Of a stretch of DNA of 64,000 nt, positions 26,723 to 36,811 are shown one piece after another. Origin of the DNA: an uncultured bacterium (GTDB lineage: Bacteria; Babelota; Babeliae; Babelales; JABCYS01); NCBI GenBank assembly GCA_963705705.1, contig CAVPKK010000003.1, positions 128,001 through 192,000 on the forward strand, in the 5' to 3' direction. The notes beneath the pieces were generated by a model that was not told the origin of the DNA, did no database searches, and saw only the letters and a list, made by a program, of their open reading frames with translations. The translations under genes and the position numbers were made by a program. Each line of letters opens with the position of its first letter. Position 1 is the stretch's first letter.

Positions 26723-27298
26723 TTATTCCAATTCAGCTGGGAATTCATGTTGCTGCACAGATTCAGCGGCATCTTTCCAGGTGCCTTGAAGGGTAAAGGT
26801 AATTATTTTTTTCTGTTCACCGATTGATGTTAAATGCATATCATCAACATATGGGCTCGCATTAAGAAGTTCAAGGAATGTTACTGCCGCTTTAGCATCA
26901 GCTGCTTCACATACCATAGTAATTCGTGCGCCCAATTCTCCCTCAATGTTAGTAATTCGGACCGTTGTCGGAATTGTGCGGGCAAGCATCGTGAGTAAAC
27001 GATGGGCAGCACCATTCTTTTGGCGCATATTACCAAGCGTTTGTAGTCGTTGTTGGATATCTTGTTGCTCTTTAAGCAACATTTTTTTCCGATGATTGAA
27101 CTGCTCAAATTGCACATTATTTCCTTGCAATTCAGTCAATTCTTGAATGGTGGAGCTGCAGATACGCAGACGAGCATAATGGACAACCACCATGCTAATA
27201 ACGAGCGCAATAATAAAACACGCTGAGCCATAAAACCATAATTGCAGTTCACGCTGTTTCTGCGGTGGAACTGGATCAATAAAGTTTATGCTTTTCAT
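26723..27298 (-). CDS. PilN-like protein
   Basis: INFI start, single TM, coiled coil, IPTTVRI...FLELL..SP. Confidence 0.65.
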   Translation of the reverse strand: MKSINFIDPVPPQKQRELQLWFYGSACFIIALVISMVVVHYARLRICSSTIQELTELQGNNVQFEQFNHRKKMLLKEQQDIQQRLQTLGNMRQKNGAAHRLLTMLARTIPTTVRITNIEGELGARITMVCEAADAKAAVTFLELLNASPYVDDMHLTSIGEQKKIITFTLQGTWKDAAESVQQHEFPAELE

Positions 27299-27301
27299 AA
27301 C

Positions 27302-28012
27302 CTATGCCTCGGCAAATTCACTACCCAATAAATATAATCCAAAGCTTTCGACTACCGCCGCATGATCATGTGGCGAGCGAATCTTTAAGTGACCGTTAAG
27401 GTTAATGAAATCCAAAATATTTGTCTTGGGTTGATCACTATCAGGTGCCGTGGTGCCATTTTGTTTAATGTAACGATATGCCTTAAGTAGGGCCATGGTC
27501 GGGGTCGTGATCTGCATGAGATTAAGCTCGGCTTGTATGGCAAGCAGTTGGTATTGCAATAAAACTGGCCGCGAAATGCCGCAACAATACCAAGGATTTT
27601 TGGGCACGCTCGGATTATCTTGCAAGCAATAATAATGCCACGACAAGAGATCGGGTTGTTCTTCAACCGGTTTAAGATCGGCTGAGGCCCGAGCCAACAT
27701 TATCTGTTTTTCTATAAGCCCTTCACCTGATAATGCTATTACAATAGATGCATCATGCACGTCATGTAATTCCAAAAAGGTATTAATAAGCGATTGCATG
27801 CGGGTTGGATTAAAAAGGGTCAAATCATTTTTTTCATGTGCTTCAAATAGCAGATGCTTATATGCCTTCAGGGCAAATGGCAAGGATGCATATGGTGTTG
27901 GCGCAATCCAACTACAGGTGATTGTTCGCGGTGTAATATTGATACCAATAATGGATTCATCAATGGCGGGAATTAAACCCAACACATTATACTCTGTTAG
28001 CATAGATAACAC
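27302..28012 (-). CDS. divergent PilM-like protein
   Basis: IIGINI N-terminal strand, AELNL..I...MALL.A, and position directly upstream of the pilN-like gene. Confidence 0.5.
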   Translation of the reverse strand: MLSMLTEYNVLGLIPAIDESIIGINITPRTITCSWIAPTPYASLPFALKAYKHLLFEAHEKNDLTLFNPTRMQSLINTFLELHDVHDASIVIALSGEGLIEKQIMLARASADLKPVEEQPDLLSWHYYCLQDNPSVPKNPWYCCGISRPVLLQYQLLAIQAELNLMQITTPTMALLKAYRYIKQNGTTAPDSDQPKTNILDFINLNGHLKIRSPHDHAAVVESFGLYLLGSEFAEA

Positions 28013-28880
28013 GGTCTTTACCCTCCAAGTCTTTTTTTATTGCAATATCGTTGTACCCATTGAGCTCGAGCCATCCTTTAATTGTTGGCCCTTGGTAATA
28101 ATCCATCTCCAAAACTAGTTGGGGTAGCCGGACATCTGCGTGAGTTTTTAGCCAAAATTTAGTTTCTTCAATAATCCTGCGAATAATTGATAACCCATCA
28201 TTGCCACCAACCAGCGCCCGTTGATCTTCCCAGTTCTTAACTGAATCATCCAGCCCAGCCCAGTCGCTTTCAGAAATATAGGGTGGATTAGAAACAATCA
28301 GATCAAACATCTCAGTTTTTGGGATACCATCAAACAAATCAGCTTCATATAACTTAACGTTATAAACGCTATTGTGAGTTATATTCTTTTTGATAAGCGC
28401 CAGAGCTTGTGGGTTTATATCTGTCGCTACAATTTCAAAGCTAGGAAACGCTTTGGCTAATGCGATCGCAATGCATCCAGTTCCAGCACATAAATCTAAA
28501 ATACGAAAAGGCTCTTGGGGCGAGAGATGTTTTACTATGGGCTTGAGTAGGGTAATCAGATTGATAACCCATTCCTCTGTCTCTGGTCGCGGAATTAAAA
28601 CTGGCGGCTCGCATAAAATATCAATATCATTGAACGGTGTAGAACCAATTAAATATTGAATTGGCTCCTTTTTATTCACATGCAAATCAAGCCATCGCTC
28701 TAATGTTTCTTGTTGCGCGGCCGTAAGCACGATCTCCCGTTGGGCGAGCAGCTGTGCTTCGCTTTTTTTCGTTATAGCTTCCAACATCCACCATGCATCT
28801 TGTGTACGCTCAACTGCATCGCGGTGCCGGTGGGTGAGCCGTTCAGTAATAGATCCTAATAATTCATCAATCTTTGGCAT
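27987..28880 (-). CDS. prmC: release factor glutamine methyltransferase
   Basis: EPIQYLIG, VLIPRPETE, LDLCAGTG, SNPPY. Confidence 0.95.
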   Translation of the reverse strand: MPKIDELLGSITERLTHRHRDAVERTQDAWWMLEAITKKSEAQLLAQREIVLTAAQQETLERWLDLHVNKKEPIQYLIGSTPFNDIDILCEPPVLIPRPETEEWVINLITLLKPIVKHLSPQEPFRILDLCAGTGCIAIALAKAFPSFEIVATDINPQALALIKKNITHNSVYNVKLYEADLFDGIPKTEMFDLIVSNPPYISESDWAGLDDSVKNWEDQRALVGGNDGLSIIRRIIEETKFWLKTHADVRLPQLVLEMDYYQGPTIKGWLELNGYNDIAIKKDLEGKDRVIYANRV

Positions 28881-29089
28881 CGGTTTCCTTTCATCAAGGA
28901 GCTCGTTTGTTTCTCTAGTGTAGTGACAAACCATGAACTGGATAAAGAGATTATGGCTTCGTCCATATTTTATTGAGTCTCTGCCGCATTATTACTAGGC
29001 ATTCGGTACCGCCAATTGCAAGGGATAGCTGCCTATGTTAGTTTTACCGGACCTTTTTAAAAAATATGAAAGCGTCAGAGGTCACAAGC

Positions 29090-31405
29090 GTGAAGCTATC
29101 CTTGCGATGGATTTTCGATCACATATCCGATGCCAATTGGATGGATATAAATCCTAAAGAACTATCCCGACAATTAACGGCCACTACAGTAGAAATAGAA
29201 CGCGTTTTGCCAATCCGCATCAATCTGGATGCATTATCTATTGGCCAAGTAATAGAGCATAGCGCCGAAAAAGTGACCGTGTTCTCAACCGAATGGAATA
29301 AAAACTTTGAATTTCAATCGCGGCCGGTAAATACAGGCGATCAATATTTAATCACCAAAAATGGCTGGGCAACCTACCCTGAGGTAACCGGCATTTCAGA
29401 TTCCAAATTTGGCAGCCAGTTCTTTCCAACAATCTATGTGACCGATGATGAGCTACCAGGTGAGTGGAAGAAAAAATTCGAGCATGAAGATTATCTGATC
29501 TCAATCGATAACAATGCAATAACCCACCGTGGCGATCTCTGGAGCCATCGTGGATTTGCCCGCGAAGTTGCTGCAACCTTTGGCCTTAAGTTCAAAGATA
29601 TCAATCATTTAATTACTGTTTTGCCCATAGAAGAAGATCTGCAAGAAGCTACAGCCACACCAGCGCGGCCATTTTCATTTGAAATCGGTAGCAAGAATGT
29701 AAAAAGATTTGCCGGGCTATATGTACCACATATCGAACTAGCGCCTTCCTTATTACCTATTGCGCATCGCCTTGCGCGAATTGATGGACGCCCGATTGAT
29801 GCAATTGTGGATGCGACCAACTATGTGATGTTTGATATCGGGCAACCAATGCATGCCTTTGATGCCCAAAAGATCAAAACCAAAAAGATTCTGGCGACCG
29901 AAGCGACCGGCAACGAAAAGCTAACCTTGCTCGATAGCTCCTCAATCGATTTGATTCCCGGCGACATTGTTATTTCCGATGGGCGCACGCCACTTGGCCT
30001 TGCCGGTATTATGGGCGGCGCGAATTCTGGCATCGATGGTAATTCTCAGACGGTTGTTCTTGAAGCGGCATGCTTCGATTCAACGGCAATTCGAAATACG
30101 GCAGCTCGCGTTAAAATTCGAAGCGAGGCTTCAGTACGATTTGAGAAGGGCGTTGACCCTAATTTGAATGTTTATGCTATACAGCGGTTTGTACATTTAT
30201 TTGAAGAATCGCCGCTAAGTATCAAACTGTCTGGCGCTATGATTTGCTTGGGCAAGCCAATTAAGCCACCAGTAATAGAATTGGCTCACGCACATATTGA
30301 AGCGAAAATTGGTATTCAGATCACCAAGGAACGAGTAGAACAGATTCTAACGCGATTGGGATTTGAGGTCCGCACTGATCGTGGATTATATAGCGTCACC
30401 ATTCCTTCCTGGCGATTGAGAGATATTGCCATTGCCGAAGATCTTGTTGAGGAGATTGCGCGATTTTATGGCTACAGCAATATCACACCAGTATTGCCGG
30501 CCATTGCCACAGCGCCGCATGATGTGTCGGAAAAATTAAAAAAACGTATTGTAAAACGTCATTTATCATTTTCGTATGGCATGCATGAACTACGCAATTA
30601 TGCATTATATGATACTGAATTCTTGCATAAAATTGGGTGGCAGCCATCAGCCGAACAACAAATTGCACTCAAAAACCCGGTTTCTGAACATTGGCAATGG
30701 TTAGTTACTTCCTTAGTACCTGGGTTGCTTAAAGCTGCGATGCATAATGAGCATACCGAAGATCGGCTACGTTTTTATGAGCTCAATAAAACATGGTCAA
30801 AGTCACCGACATTACAAGAGCGAAGGACCGTTGCTTGTCTTATCTACGACCGACACAAAAAATTTGAATTTTACGAGCTCAAGAAACTGCTAACCGAGCT
30901 TTTCCATAAATTAGATGTCACGGCCGAATGGGCGCGCGCACATGAATCTGATTACCCATTCCCGTGGAAGCACAAATACCAGACCGCACAGCTGACCAGC
31001 GAGGGTAAACTGCTTGGCTATGCTGGCAAGGTGGATATTGGTTTTTTAAATCATCTTTTGCCCGGTGATGCAGCATTCTTTGAGCTTGATTTATCATTGC
31101 TCGTAGCACCTTCTGTAGTAACAAAGCGTATGCAGCCACTGCCAAAATATCCTACGGTGCGGCATGATATAAGCATGTTTGTGCCTGCTTCGATTAACGT
31201 GGCTCATCTTGAAAATACTATTCGGCACGTTGATGCTCGGATTGTAGATGTATCATTAATAGATATGTTTGAAAAAGATAAAAAAGCGCTCACCTTTAGA
31301 TATGTGATACAAGATCAAACCAAAACATTGGAAAAAGAAGAAATTGAATCTATTTCTAATAAGGTGCAAGACGCAGTTAAAAAATTAGGCGTTGAAATAA
31401 GGTAG
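29090..31405 (+). CDS. pheT: phenylalanine--tRNA ligase beta subunit
   Basis: HRGDLWSHRG, VDATNYVM..GQPMHAFD, RFEKG, DLVEEIAR..GY, C-terminal FDX-ACB; GTG start. Confidence 0.95.
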   Translation: MKLSLRWIFDHISDANWMDINPKELSRQLTATTVEIERVLPIRINLDALSIGQVIEHSAEKVTVFSTEWNKNFEFQSRPVNTGDQYLITKNGWATYPEVTGISDSKFGSQFFPTIYVTDDELPGEWKKKFEHEDYLISIDNNAITHRGDLWSHRGFAREVAATFGLKFKDINHLITVLPIEEDLQEATATPARPFSFEIGSKNVKRFAGLYVPHIELAPSLLPIAHRLARIDGRPIDAIVDATNYVMFDIGQPMHAFDAQKIKTKKILATEATGNEKLTLLDSSSIDLIPGDIVISDGRTPLGLAGIMGGANSGIDGNSQTVVLEAACFDSTAIRNTAARVKIRSEASVRFEKGVDPNLNVYAIQRFVHLFEESPLSIKLSGAMICLGKPIKPPVIELAHAHIEAKIGIQITKERVEQILTRLGFEVRTDRGLYSVTIPSWRLRDIAIAEDLVEEIARFYGYSNITPVLPAIATAPHDVSEKLKKRIVKRHLSFSYGMHELRNYALYDTEFLHKIGWQPSAEQQIALKNPVSEHWQWLVTSLVPGLLKAAMHNEHTEDRLRFYELNKTWSKSPTLQERRTVACLIYDRHKKFEFYELKKLLTELFHKLDVTAEWARAHESDYPFPWKHKYQTAQLTSEGKLLGYAGKVDIGFLNHLLPGDAAFFELDLSLLVAPSVVTKRMQPLPKYPTVRHDISMFVPASINVAHLENTIRHVDARIVDVSLIDMFEKDKKALTFRYVIQDQTKTLEKEEIESISNKVQDAVKKLGVEIR

Positions 31406-31410
31406 TTCAT

Positions 31411-31884
31411 ATGAATACGCGTCACAAAGCAGAAATGGGTGGTTATGCCCTGCTCGGTATGTTGGTTATTATCATTGATCGCCTTACCAAAACATGGGTG
31501 CTCGATAAACTCCATGGTATTAGACACATAACAGATTATCTTTCATTTGAATTTGTACTTAACCGTGGCATTTCCTGGGGCATGTTTAGCAGCGATAGTG
31601 AAGCGACTGTCTTGATGATTACATTGGCAGTAATCGGCCTTATATTATTTCTCGCTACATTTGCTTGGCAACGTTTTAAAAAAGATCACCTCATTCTTGG
31701 CGAAGTAATTATTCTAGCAAGCGCACTCTCAAACCTAGTTGATCGATTTCTGTATCGCGGCGTGGTCGATTTCATTGTTTTCTCCTATAAAGGATGGTCA
31801 TTTCCTGCCTTTAACGTCGCCGATACGTGTATTGTAATCGGTGTTTGCATGATGTTTATTTCTGTCTCCATACATCCCGATTAG
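31411..31884 (+). CDS. lspA: lipoprotein signal peptidase
   Basis: DRLTK, NRGISWG, SNLVDR, VVDF, FNVAD. Confidence 0.95.
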   Translation: MNTRHKAEMGGYALLGMLVIIIDRLTKTWVLDKLHGIRHITDYLSFEFVLNRGISWGMFSSDSEATVLMITLAVIGLILFLATFAWQRFKKDHLILGEVIILASALSNLVDRFLYRGVVDFIVFSYKGWSFPAFNVADTCIVIGVCMMFISVSIHPD

Positions 31885-31893
31885 GGAATATCT

Positions 31894-32331
31894 ATGCAAA
31901 AAACATATCGTTTAGTAAGCACCTTTGGCCCTATCGGATATCTTCCTGGATCAGGATCCATTGCTTCTTTCCTAACCCTTCCGCTCGTCATCCTTTTAGC
32001 CCAAGCAGGATGGGTGGCATATAGTGTGGTTACCTTAATCTTAACGGTGATTGCCTTTGCGATTTGCAAACGTGCATTGCTTTCTTTTAAGTCGCTCGAT
32101 CCATCAGAAATTGTTATCGATGAAGTAATTGGATGCCTATTTGCCTTTATGGGCTTGCCACTACATATAATTAGCCTCGCGCTCGGCTTCGTTTTTTTCC
32201 GGATATTCGATATTTTCAAAATCGTAGGAATTGCACGCCTTGAAAAACGCCCAGGTGCATGGGGCATCATGCTCGATGATATCGCTGCTGGCATTTTAGC
32301 AAATATTGTTGTGCGCATTATGACCGTCTAA
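31894..32331 (+). CDS. pgpA: phosphatidylglycerophosphatase A
   Basis: DPSEIVIDE, FFRIFDIFK, GIMLDDIAAG. Confidence 0.92.
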   Translation: MQKTYRLVSTFGPIGYLPGSGSIASFLTLPLVILLAQAGWVAYSVVTLILTVIAFAICKRALLSFKSLDPSEIVIDEVIGCLFAFMGLPLHIISLALGFVFFRIFDIFKIVGIARLEKRPGAWGIMLDDIAAGILANIVVRIMTV

Positions 32332-32332
32332 T

Positions 32333-32995
32333 ATGCTCAAAAAGCTTTGGCACCAATCAGTAAATTTAATCTATCCATCATATTGTTATTATTGCCTGCT
32401 TTATGTAGATGCCAATAAGCCGTTGTGCGCTGCATGCATGGCGCTCATCAAACCGGTTGTTTCTGTTTCGCTATCTCTGGGCAAGCAAAAAATTACCGTT
32501 TATGCTGCTGGCGCATATGATGATCCCTTACGGCAATTAATAATGGCAAAATTACATCGACAAGCCGTGGCGGCGCGTCAGATGGCATTCATTTTGTGGG
32601 AATTAGTGCTCAAAGAAAAAATGGACGAATTTGATAATGCCGTGATCACATTTATCCCACTGCATTGGACACGATTTGCTTGGCGCGGTTACAACCAAGC
32701 AGAATTTATTGCCCAGGAATTATCAAAATTAAGCGGTTTGCCCATAGTTTACGCGCTCAAGCGCATCAAGGCTGCCGGCTCTCAAACGAAAGTTAGCGGT
32801 TTTGAGCGGTCTGCCAATGTGCGTGATGCATTTGTTCTGAATAAAAATGTAGCAATTAAACCAGGAACCAAACTACTACTCGTCGACGATCTTATGACCA
32901 CGGGTGCTACGTTGATTGAAGCCGGCACTGTGTTGAAACAGTTAAAACCTGCGAGTATTGATGCCTTGGTGGTTGCTCGAGCATTAAGTAGTTGA
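32333..32995 (+). CDS. comF: ComF-family phosphoribosyltransferase-like protein
   Basis: CxxC...CxxC, IPLH...RGYNQ, LLVDDLMTTGATL. Confidence 0.9.
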   Translation: MLKKLWHQSVNLIYPSYCYYCLLYVDANKPLCAACMALIKPVVSVSLSLGKQKITVYAAGAYDDPLRQLIMAKLHRQAVAARQMAFILWELVLKEKMDEFDNAVITFIPLHWTRFAWRGYNQAEFIAQELSKLSGLPIVYALKRIKAAGSQTKVSGFERSANVRDAFVLNKNVAIKPGTKLLLVDDLMTTGATLIEAGTVLKQLKPASIDALVVARALSS

Positions 32996-33068
32996 TATTG
33001 AAAATTTAACGTGGGCTTGCTACTCTGCTCCGCGTTTCATTACAAATTTTTACAAAAGGAACAGGACT

Positions 33069-34061
33069 ATGCAAAAGAATCTTACCCTCGGTATCATGGT
33101 AGCTTCATTATTAATGTTTGCTGCATGCGATATGGGTAGCAAGAAAGCTGATAGTGCCTCAGCAGCAAAAGAAGGTTCTGCACCAAGTGGTGAGGTGTTA
33201 GTGACCATTGGCGGCAAGCCAGCTATCACCGTCAAAGAGTTTGATGAATACTATGAGCAAATGTTAGAACAACAGCCTCAGCTGAAATCATTTGCACAGT
33301 TTATGCCTGATCTGAAGCAAAATGTATTCAACTCAATGGTCGGTCAAAAATTAATTGAGCATTGGGCTGAAGAGAAGAAGATTGATCAAATGAAGGATTA
33401 TCAAACAGATTACGACAGTGCGCTCGAAAATATTAAGCGTGCTCTTGCATTCAAATATTTCCAATTGGAGCACCCGGTTAACGTTTCTGATGCAGAAGTT
33501 AAAAAGTTCTACGATGAACACAAAGATACCATGTATGCTCAGGCTGCAGCTGGTGTAAGCGCAATTGGCGTATCATTTGATAACGAAGCTAAAGCACGTG
33601 CATTCTTGGTTAAAGCTCAGGCACCAAAGGCCGATATCACTAAGCTTGCGCAAGCAGAAAATCTAGCTGCACGCAACTTTGGCCGCGTAAATGCTACCAG
33701 CCATCACGTTGATAAAGCGCTCCTTGATAAAATCTTGGCTATTAATAGATTCCCATCTGTTCAGCTGGTAAAAGTAAACAATACCTGGTGGGTGATCGAA
33801 GCTAAGAACAAAGAAGAAGCTAAATACTTCCCGTTTGATCAAGCAAAAGAAGACGCACGTCAAAAATTGCAAAATAAACAAATGGGCGAAATGTTTGAAA
33901 AAGAGATTGCCAAGCTTAAAGCTGAGTATGGCGTAGTTGAAAACAAGTCTTTCTTTGAAAAGAAAGAAGAGGCTAAGACTGAAACTGCTGCTGTTACCCA
34001 ACCTGCAGAAGCTCAAGAAGCTGAAGCAGCACAACCGGTGGCCAAGCCAGCCGTTGCATAA
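33069..34061 (+). CDS. PrsA/parvulin-like foldase lipoprotein
   Basis: Lipobox-like FAAC, helical chaperone region, VSDAEVKKFYDEHK. Confidence 0.75.
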   Translation: MQKNLTLGIMVASLLMFAACDMGSKKADSASAAKEGSAPSGEVLVTIGGKPAITVKEFDEYYEQMLEQQPQLKSFAQFMPDLKQNVFNSMVGQKLIEHWAEEKKIDQMKDYQTDYDSALENIKRALAFKYFQLEHPVNVSDAEVKKFYDEHKDTMYAQAAAGVSAIGVSFDNEAKARAFLVKAQAPKADITKLAQAENLAARNFGRVNATSHHVDKALLDKILAINRFPSVQLVKVNNTWWVIEAKNKEEAKYFPFDQAKEDARQKLQNKQMGEMFEKEIAKLKAEYGVVENKSFFEKKEEAKTETAAVTQPAEAQEAEAAQPVAKPAVA

Positions 34062-34088
34062 TTGCATAATCTTTCCGTACGTTTGTAC

Positions 34089-34128
34089 AAAAAGAGGGGC
34101 ACTCGAGCAATCGGGTGCCTTTTCTTTT
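34089..34128 (+). terminator. intrinsic terminator
   Basis: aaaagaggggcactcga gcaa tcgggtgccttttctttt. Confidence 0.8.
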
Positions 34129-34186
34129 GGCCATACAAGAATATTTGATACAATATGCGGAACATCTATTACAAGGAATTGCTGCC

Positions 34187-35167
34187 ATGTTTATACATAT
34201 TTTGCTTGTTCTCCCATTTATTGTATCGCAGCTTGCTGCTGCTCCTCCCTCTGCGAAGCCACAAGAGCTAGCTAAATCCAAGGAAGAAAAATTAGCTGCC
34301 TCAGGCTCATCGCAAAAAAATGATACGTCTGTATCACGCAGCGTTTCTGAACCAAAAATTGCCGAGCGAAAACCAGAAAAAAAATCCATAATGTTTGACC
34401 GTATCGAAGCCGTCATCTATGGGCCAGAGGTTACTGAGATCGTAACTAGATCAGATGTTATGCGAAGCCTTGATGGCCGAACGCAAACACTGGATGAAGT
34501 GATCTTCCAGCGGCTGATGGTGCAGGATGCCTTAAAGATGCGGATTATGACGGATGAAAGTGCCGTTGATGATTATATTCTCAAGGTAGCCAAGAGTTAT
34601 GGTGGCACCTTGGACGACATTAACCAGATGTTTGAGCAGGCAGGATTTACCCCTATGGAAGGCCGCCGCCGTTTTGCTGAACTATATGCCATCCAGCAGC
34701 TTCGTGAATATAAAATTTTGAGCCGTGTCTTCGTCCCAGAAAAAGAGGTGATTGCCTATTACGAGGCAAATCCGGTGGTAAAGACAGCTTCATATGTTAT
34801 TGAACGAGCCGTGGTTCAGACGCCAGCGGCGCGGCAGGAAGAAACCCGTAAGAAACTAGATACCTACATAAAAACAGGCCAAGGTATGCTTATTGGCTGG
34901 ACTCAATTGCCTGAAATATTCGAAACCGATTTGGCAGCTGATAAACAATTTATTACCAAGCTTGAACTAGGACAGGTTGCTGAACCTATTGAATTTCCCG
35001 GCGGATTTGAGCTTTTTCGATTAAAGGCAAAAACTTCTGCTCATGTGGAACCACTTGAAGATCGATATCGTGAAATTGTTGATGTTCTACGCCGCCCTAA
35101 GGCCGATCAATTATTTGAAGAATATAAAAAAGAACTCTGGGCAAATGCTTCAATTCTCTATTTTTAG
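34187..35167 (+). CDS. SurA-like periplasmic chaperone
   Basis: Signal peptide, DRIEAVI...VTRSD, V.AYYEAN, GQVAEPI...GFELFRL. Confidence 0.7.
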   Translation: MFIHILLVLPFIVSQLAAAPPSAKPQELAKSKEEKLAASGSSQKNDTSVSRSVSEPKIAERKPEKKSIMFDRIEAVIYGPEVTEIVTRSDVMRSLDGRTQTLDEVIFQRLMVQDALKMRIMTDESAVDDYILKVAKSYGGTLDDINQMFEQAGFTPMEGRRRFAELYAIQQLREYKILSRVFVPEKEVIAYYEANPVVKTASYVIERAVVQTPAARQEETRKKLDTYIKTGQGMLIGWTQLPEIFETDLAADKQFITKLELGQVAEPIEFPGGFELFRLKAKTSAHVEPLEDRYREIVDVLRRPKADQLFEEYKKELWANASILYF

Positions 35168-35355
35168 TTCTTTATATTTAGCTTTTTTTAGATAACGCGC
35201 TTGTCCGACAAGTCTTGCCATGCTTTTTTCAAAATCTTACATTGCAGAAGAAATTGCGCTCATCTGGAGCGTTATTAAAAAATAGTCAGTTCAATAAAAA
35301 AATCTGAATCGATTAAAAGCGAGCTTACTCCAAAAAACCGGATACAGATGTTCTG

Positions 35356-36591
35356 CTAATTATCGGTATTGGTTAATTCTGCTTCTAAATCCAAAGCTTT
35401 CTGAACAAGCAGATCTTTTTGAGTTGCCAAATCTGGCTTAGTTTCAAAATAATTGCCAAGAAGCGTTGCTAAATCCATATTCACATGGGCCAAGGCGCGG
35501 CGTTCACGTTGCACATGGTGCCTGATAGGAATAATACCAACTAAATGTTGCACGCCGGCACAAGCTCGTTCAATGGCGCCAAGATCTACTAAGTCACGTA
35601 TGTTTGCTGGTACGTGGTATAAAAGTTTAACTACGGCACCTTCGAGATCTTGCTCTTTAAGCCGTTGTACAATCTGATCGGTTTGCGATCGTTGGGCGTC
35701 CAATTCAACCTCAATTTGGATGAATGGCCGCATTGGCGTTGGCATGAATTCATAAGATGTGGTGCGGGATGTTTCCCCATTTATTGACACAAAGCAAAAA
35801 CCCTTATCTTCTTTTCTTTCGCCAAAATCGACTCGCTCGATTGAGCCGGCATAAACTAACGGAATTTTGCCATTCAAGTTCAAATTTTGATGCCGATGTA
35901 AATGCCCCAGCGCAACATAGTCGAATGGTTCAATTGCTAATTGCGATGGCATTAATACTGGATCATTGCCGTAAATGGCCCGTTTCTCGGAGCCAGAAAA
36001 GATACCAGAGCTTACCGTTAAATGGCCGGTCAAAATCGCCGGGATTGAAGGATCTAATTTTTGTGCAAATTCCTGCACGATGATATTGACTGCTTGTGAA
36101 AGTTGTTGTGTAAGCTCGGCAGTAGATTGCTGGTGGCCCGCTAATGCTATGGTTGCGCGAGTTGGCCAAGGAATGCCAACAATTTGTATTGGGCCATTTT
36201 TAGTTTCAAGAACAATACTGTCTGGTTTTGAAAAGAGATAAAATCCACGAACCGGAAGATCGCCAAAGACTGAAAGTGCGTGTGCTTTGCCAAAACTAAT
36301 TGGTTTATCATGGTTGCCAACCACGATGACAACTGGAATGCCAGCTGCATATAGTCGCAATAAACAACGCATAAGCAAACGTTGATGTGTGGGACTAGGA
36401 ACTGCTGTTTTGTAGGCGTCGCCGGCGAGTAAAAAGAAATCTACGTTGCGTTCAATGGCTACGTCGATGGCGTAATTCATTGCGCGATCGAAATCGAGTA
36501 GGCGTGTGTGCATGCCAGTAGCAGGATCTATTCTGCCGTAGTTCTCTATGCCGAAGTGGACGTCTGCTGTATGAACGAATGTGATAGGCAT
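35356..36591 (-). CDS. sbcD: SbcD/Mre11 nuclease
   Basis: HTADVHFG, AGD, GNHD, YVALGHLH, YAGS. Confidence 0.93.
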   Translation of the reverse strand: MPITFVHTADVHFGIENYGRIDPATGMHTRLLDFDRAMNYAIDVAIERNVDFFLLAGDAYKTAVPSPTHQRLLMRCLLRLYAAGIPVVIVVGNHDKPISFGKAHALSVFGDLPVRGFYLFSKPDSIVLETKNGPIQIVGIPWPTRATIALAGHQQSTAELTQQLSQAVNIIVQEFAQKLDPSIPAILTGHLTVSSGIFSGSEKRAIYGNDPVLMPSQLAIEPFDYVALGHLHRHQNLNLNGKIPLVYAGSIERVDFGERKEDKGFCFVSINGETSRTTSYEFMPTPMRPFIQIEVELDAQRSQTDQIVQRLKEQDLEGAVVKLLYHVPANIRDLVDLGAIERACAGVQHLVGIIPIRHHVQRERRALAHVNMDLATLLGNYFETKPDLATQKDLLVQKALDLEAELTNTDN

Positions 36592-36646
36592 AGCGATTTT
36601 CTGTTTACTTGGTCTGATTAAATACGAGTCAGCACATATCATTTTT

Positions 36647-36758
36647 CGCGCTACGATCCTACGATCCTTCGATAAACTCAGGAGTAAACTCTTCGACTCG
36701 AAAGTTATCGATCGAAGGACTACAGGCTGAGCCTCGTCGAAGCCTCAGGATGAGCGCG
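36647..36758. repeat. long family A composite (near-identical twin at 52876-52978)
   Basis: gatccttcgataaactcaggagtaaactcttcgactcgaaagt...cgaaggac...gagcctcgtcgaagcctcaggatgagcgc. Confidence 0.9.
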
Positions 36759-36811
36759 GGGTAAGCGATTTGACCAAGGAGAAGAAAGAATAAGTAAAAA
36801 TTAATTTAAGC

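Noticed and set aside
33663..34416. Antisense ORFs over the foldase genes, and similar short shadow ORFs throughout the window
   Set aside because: They overlap well-supported genes on the other strand or frame and show no motifs or RBS.
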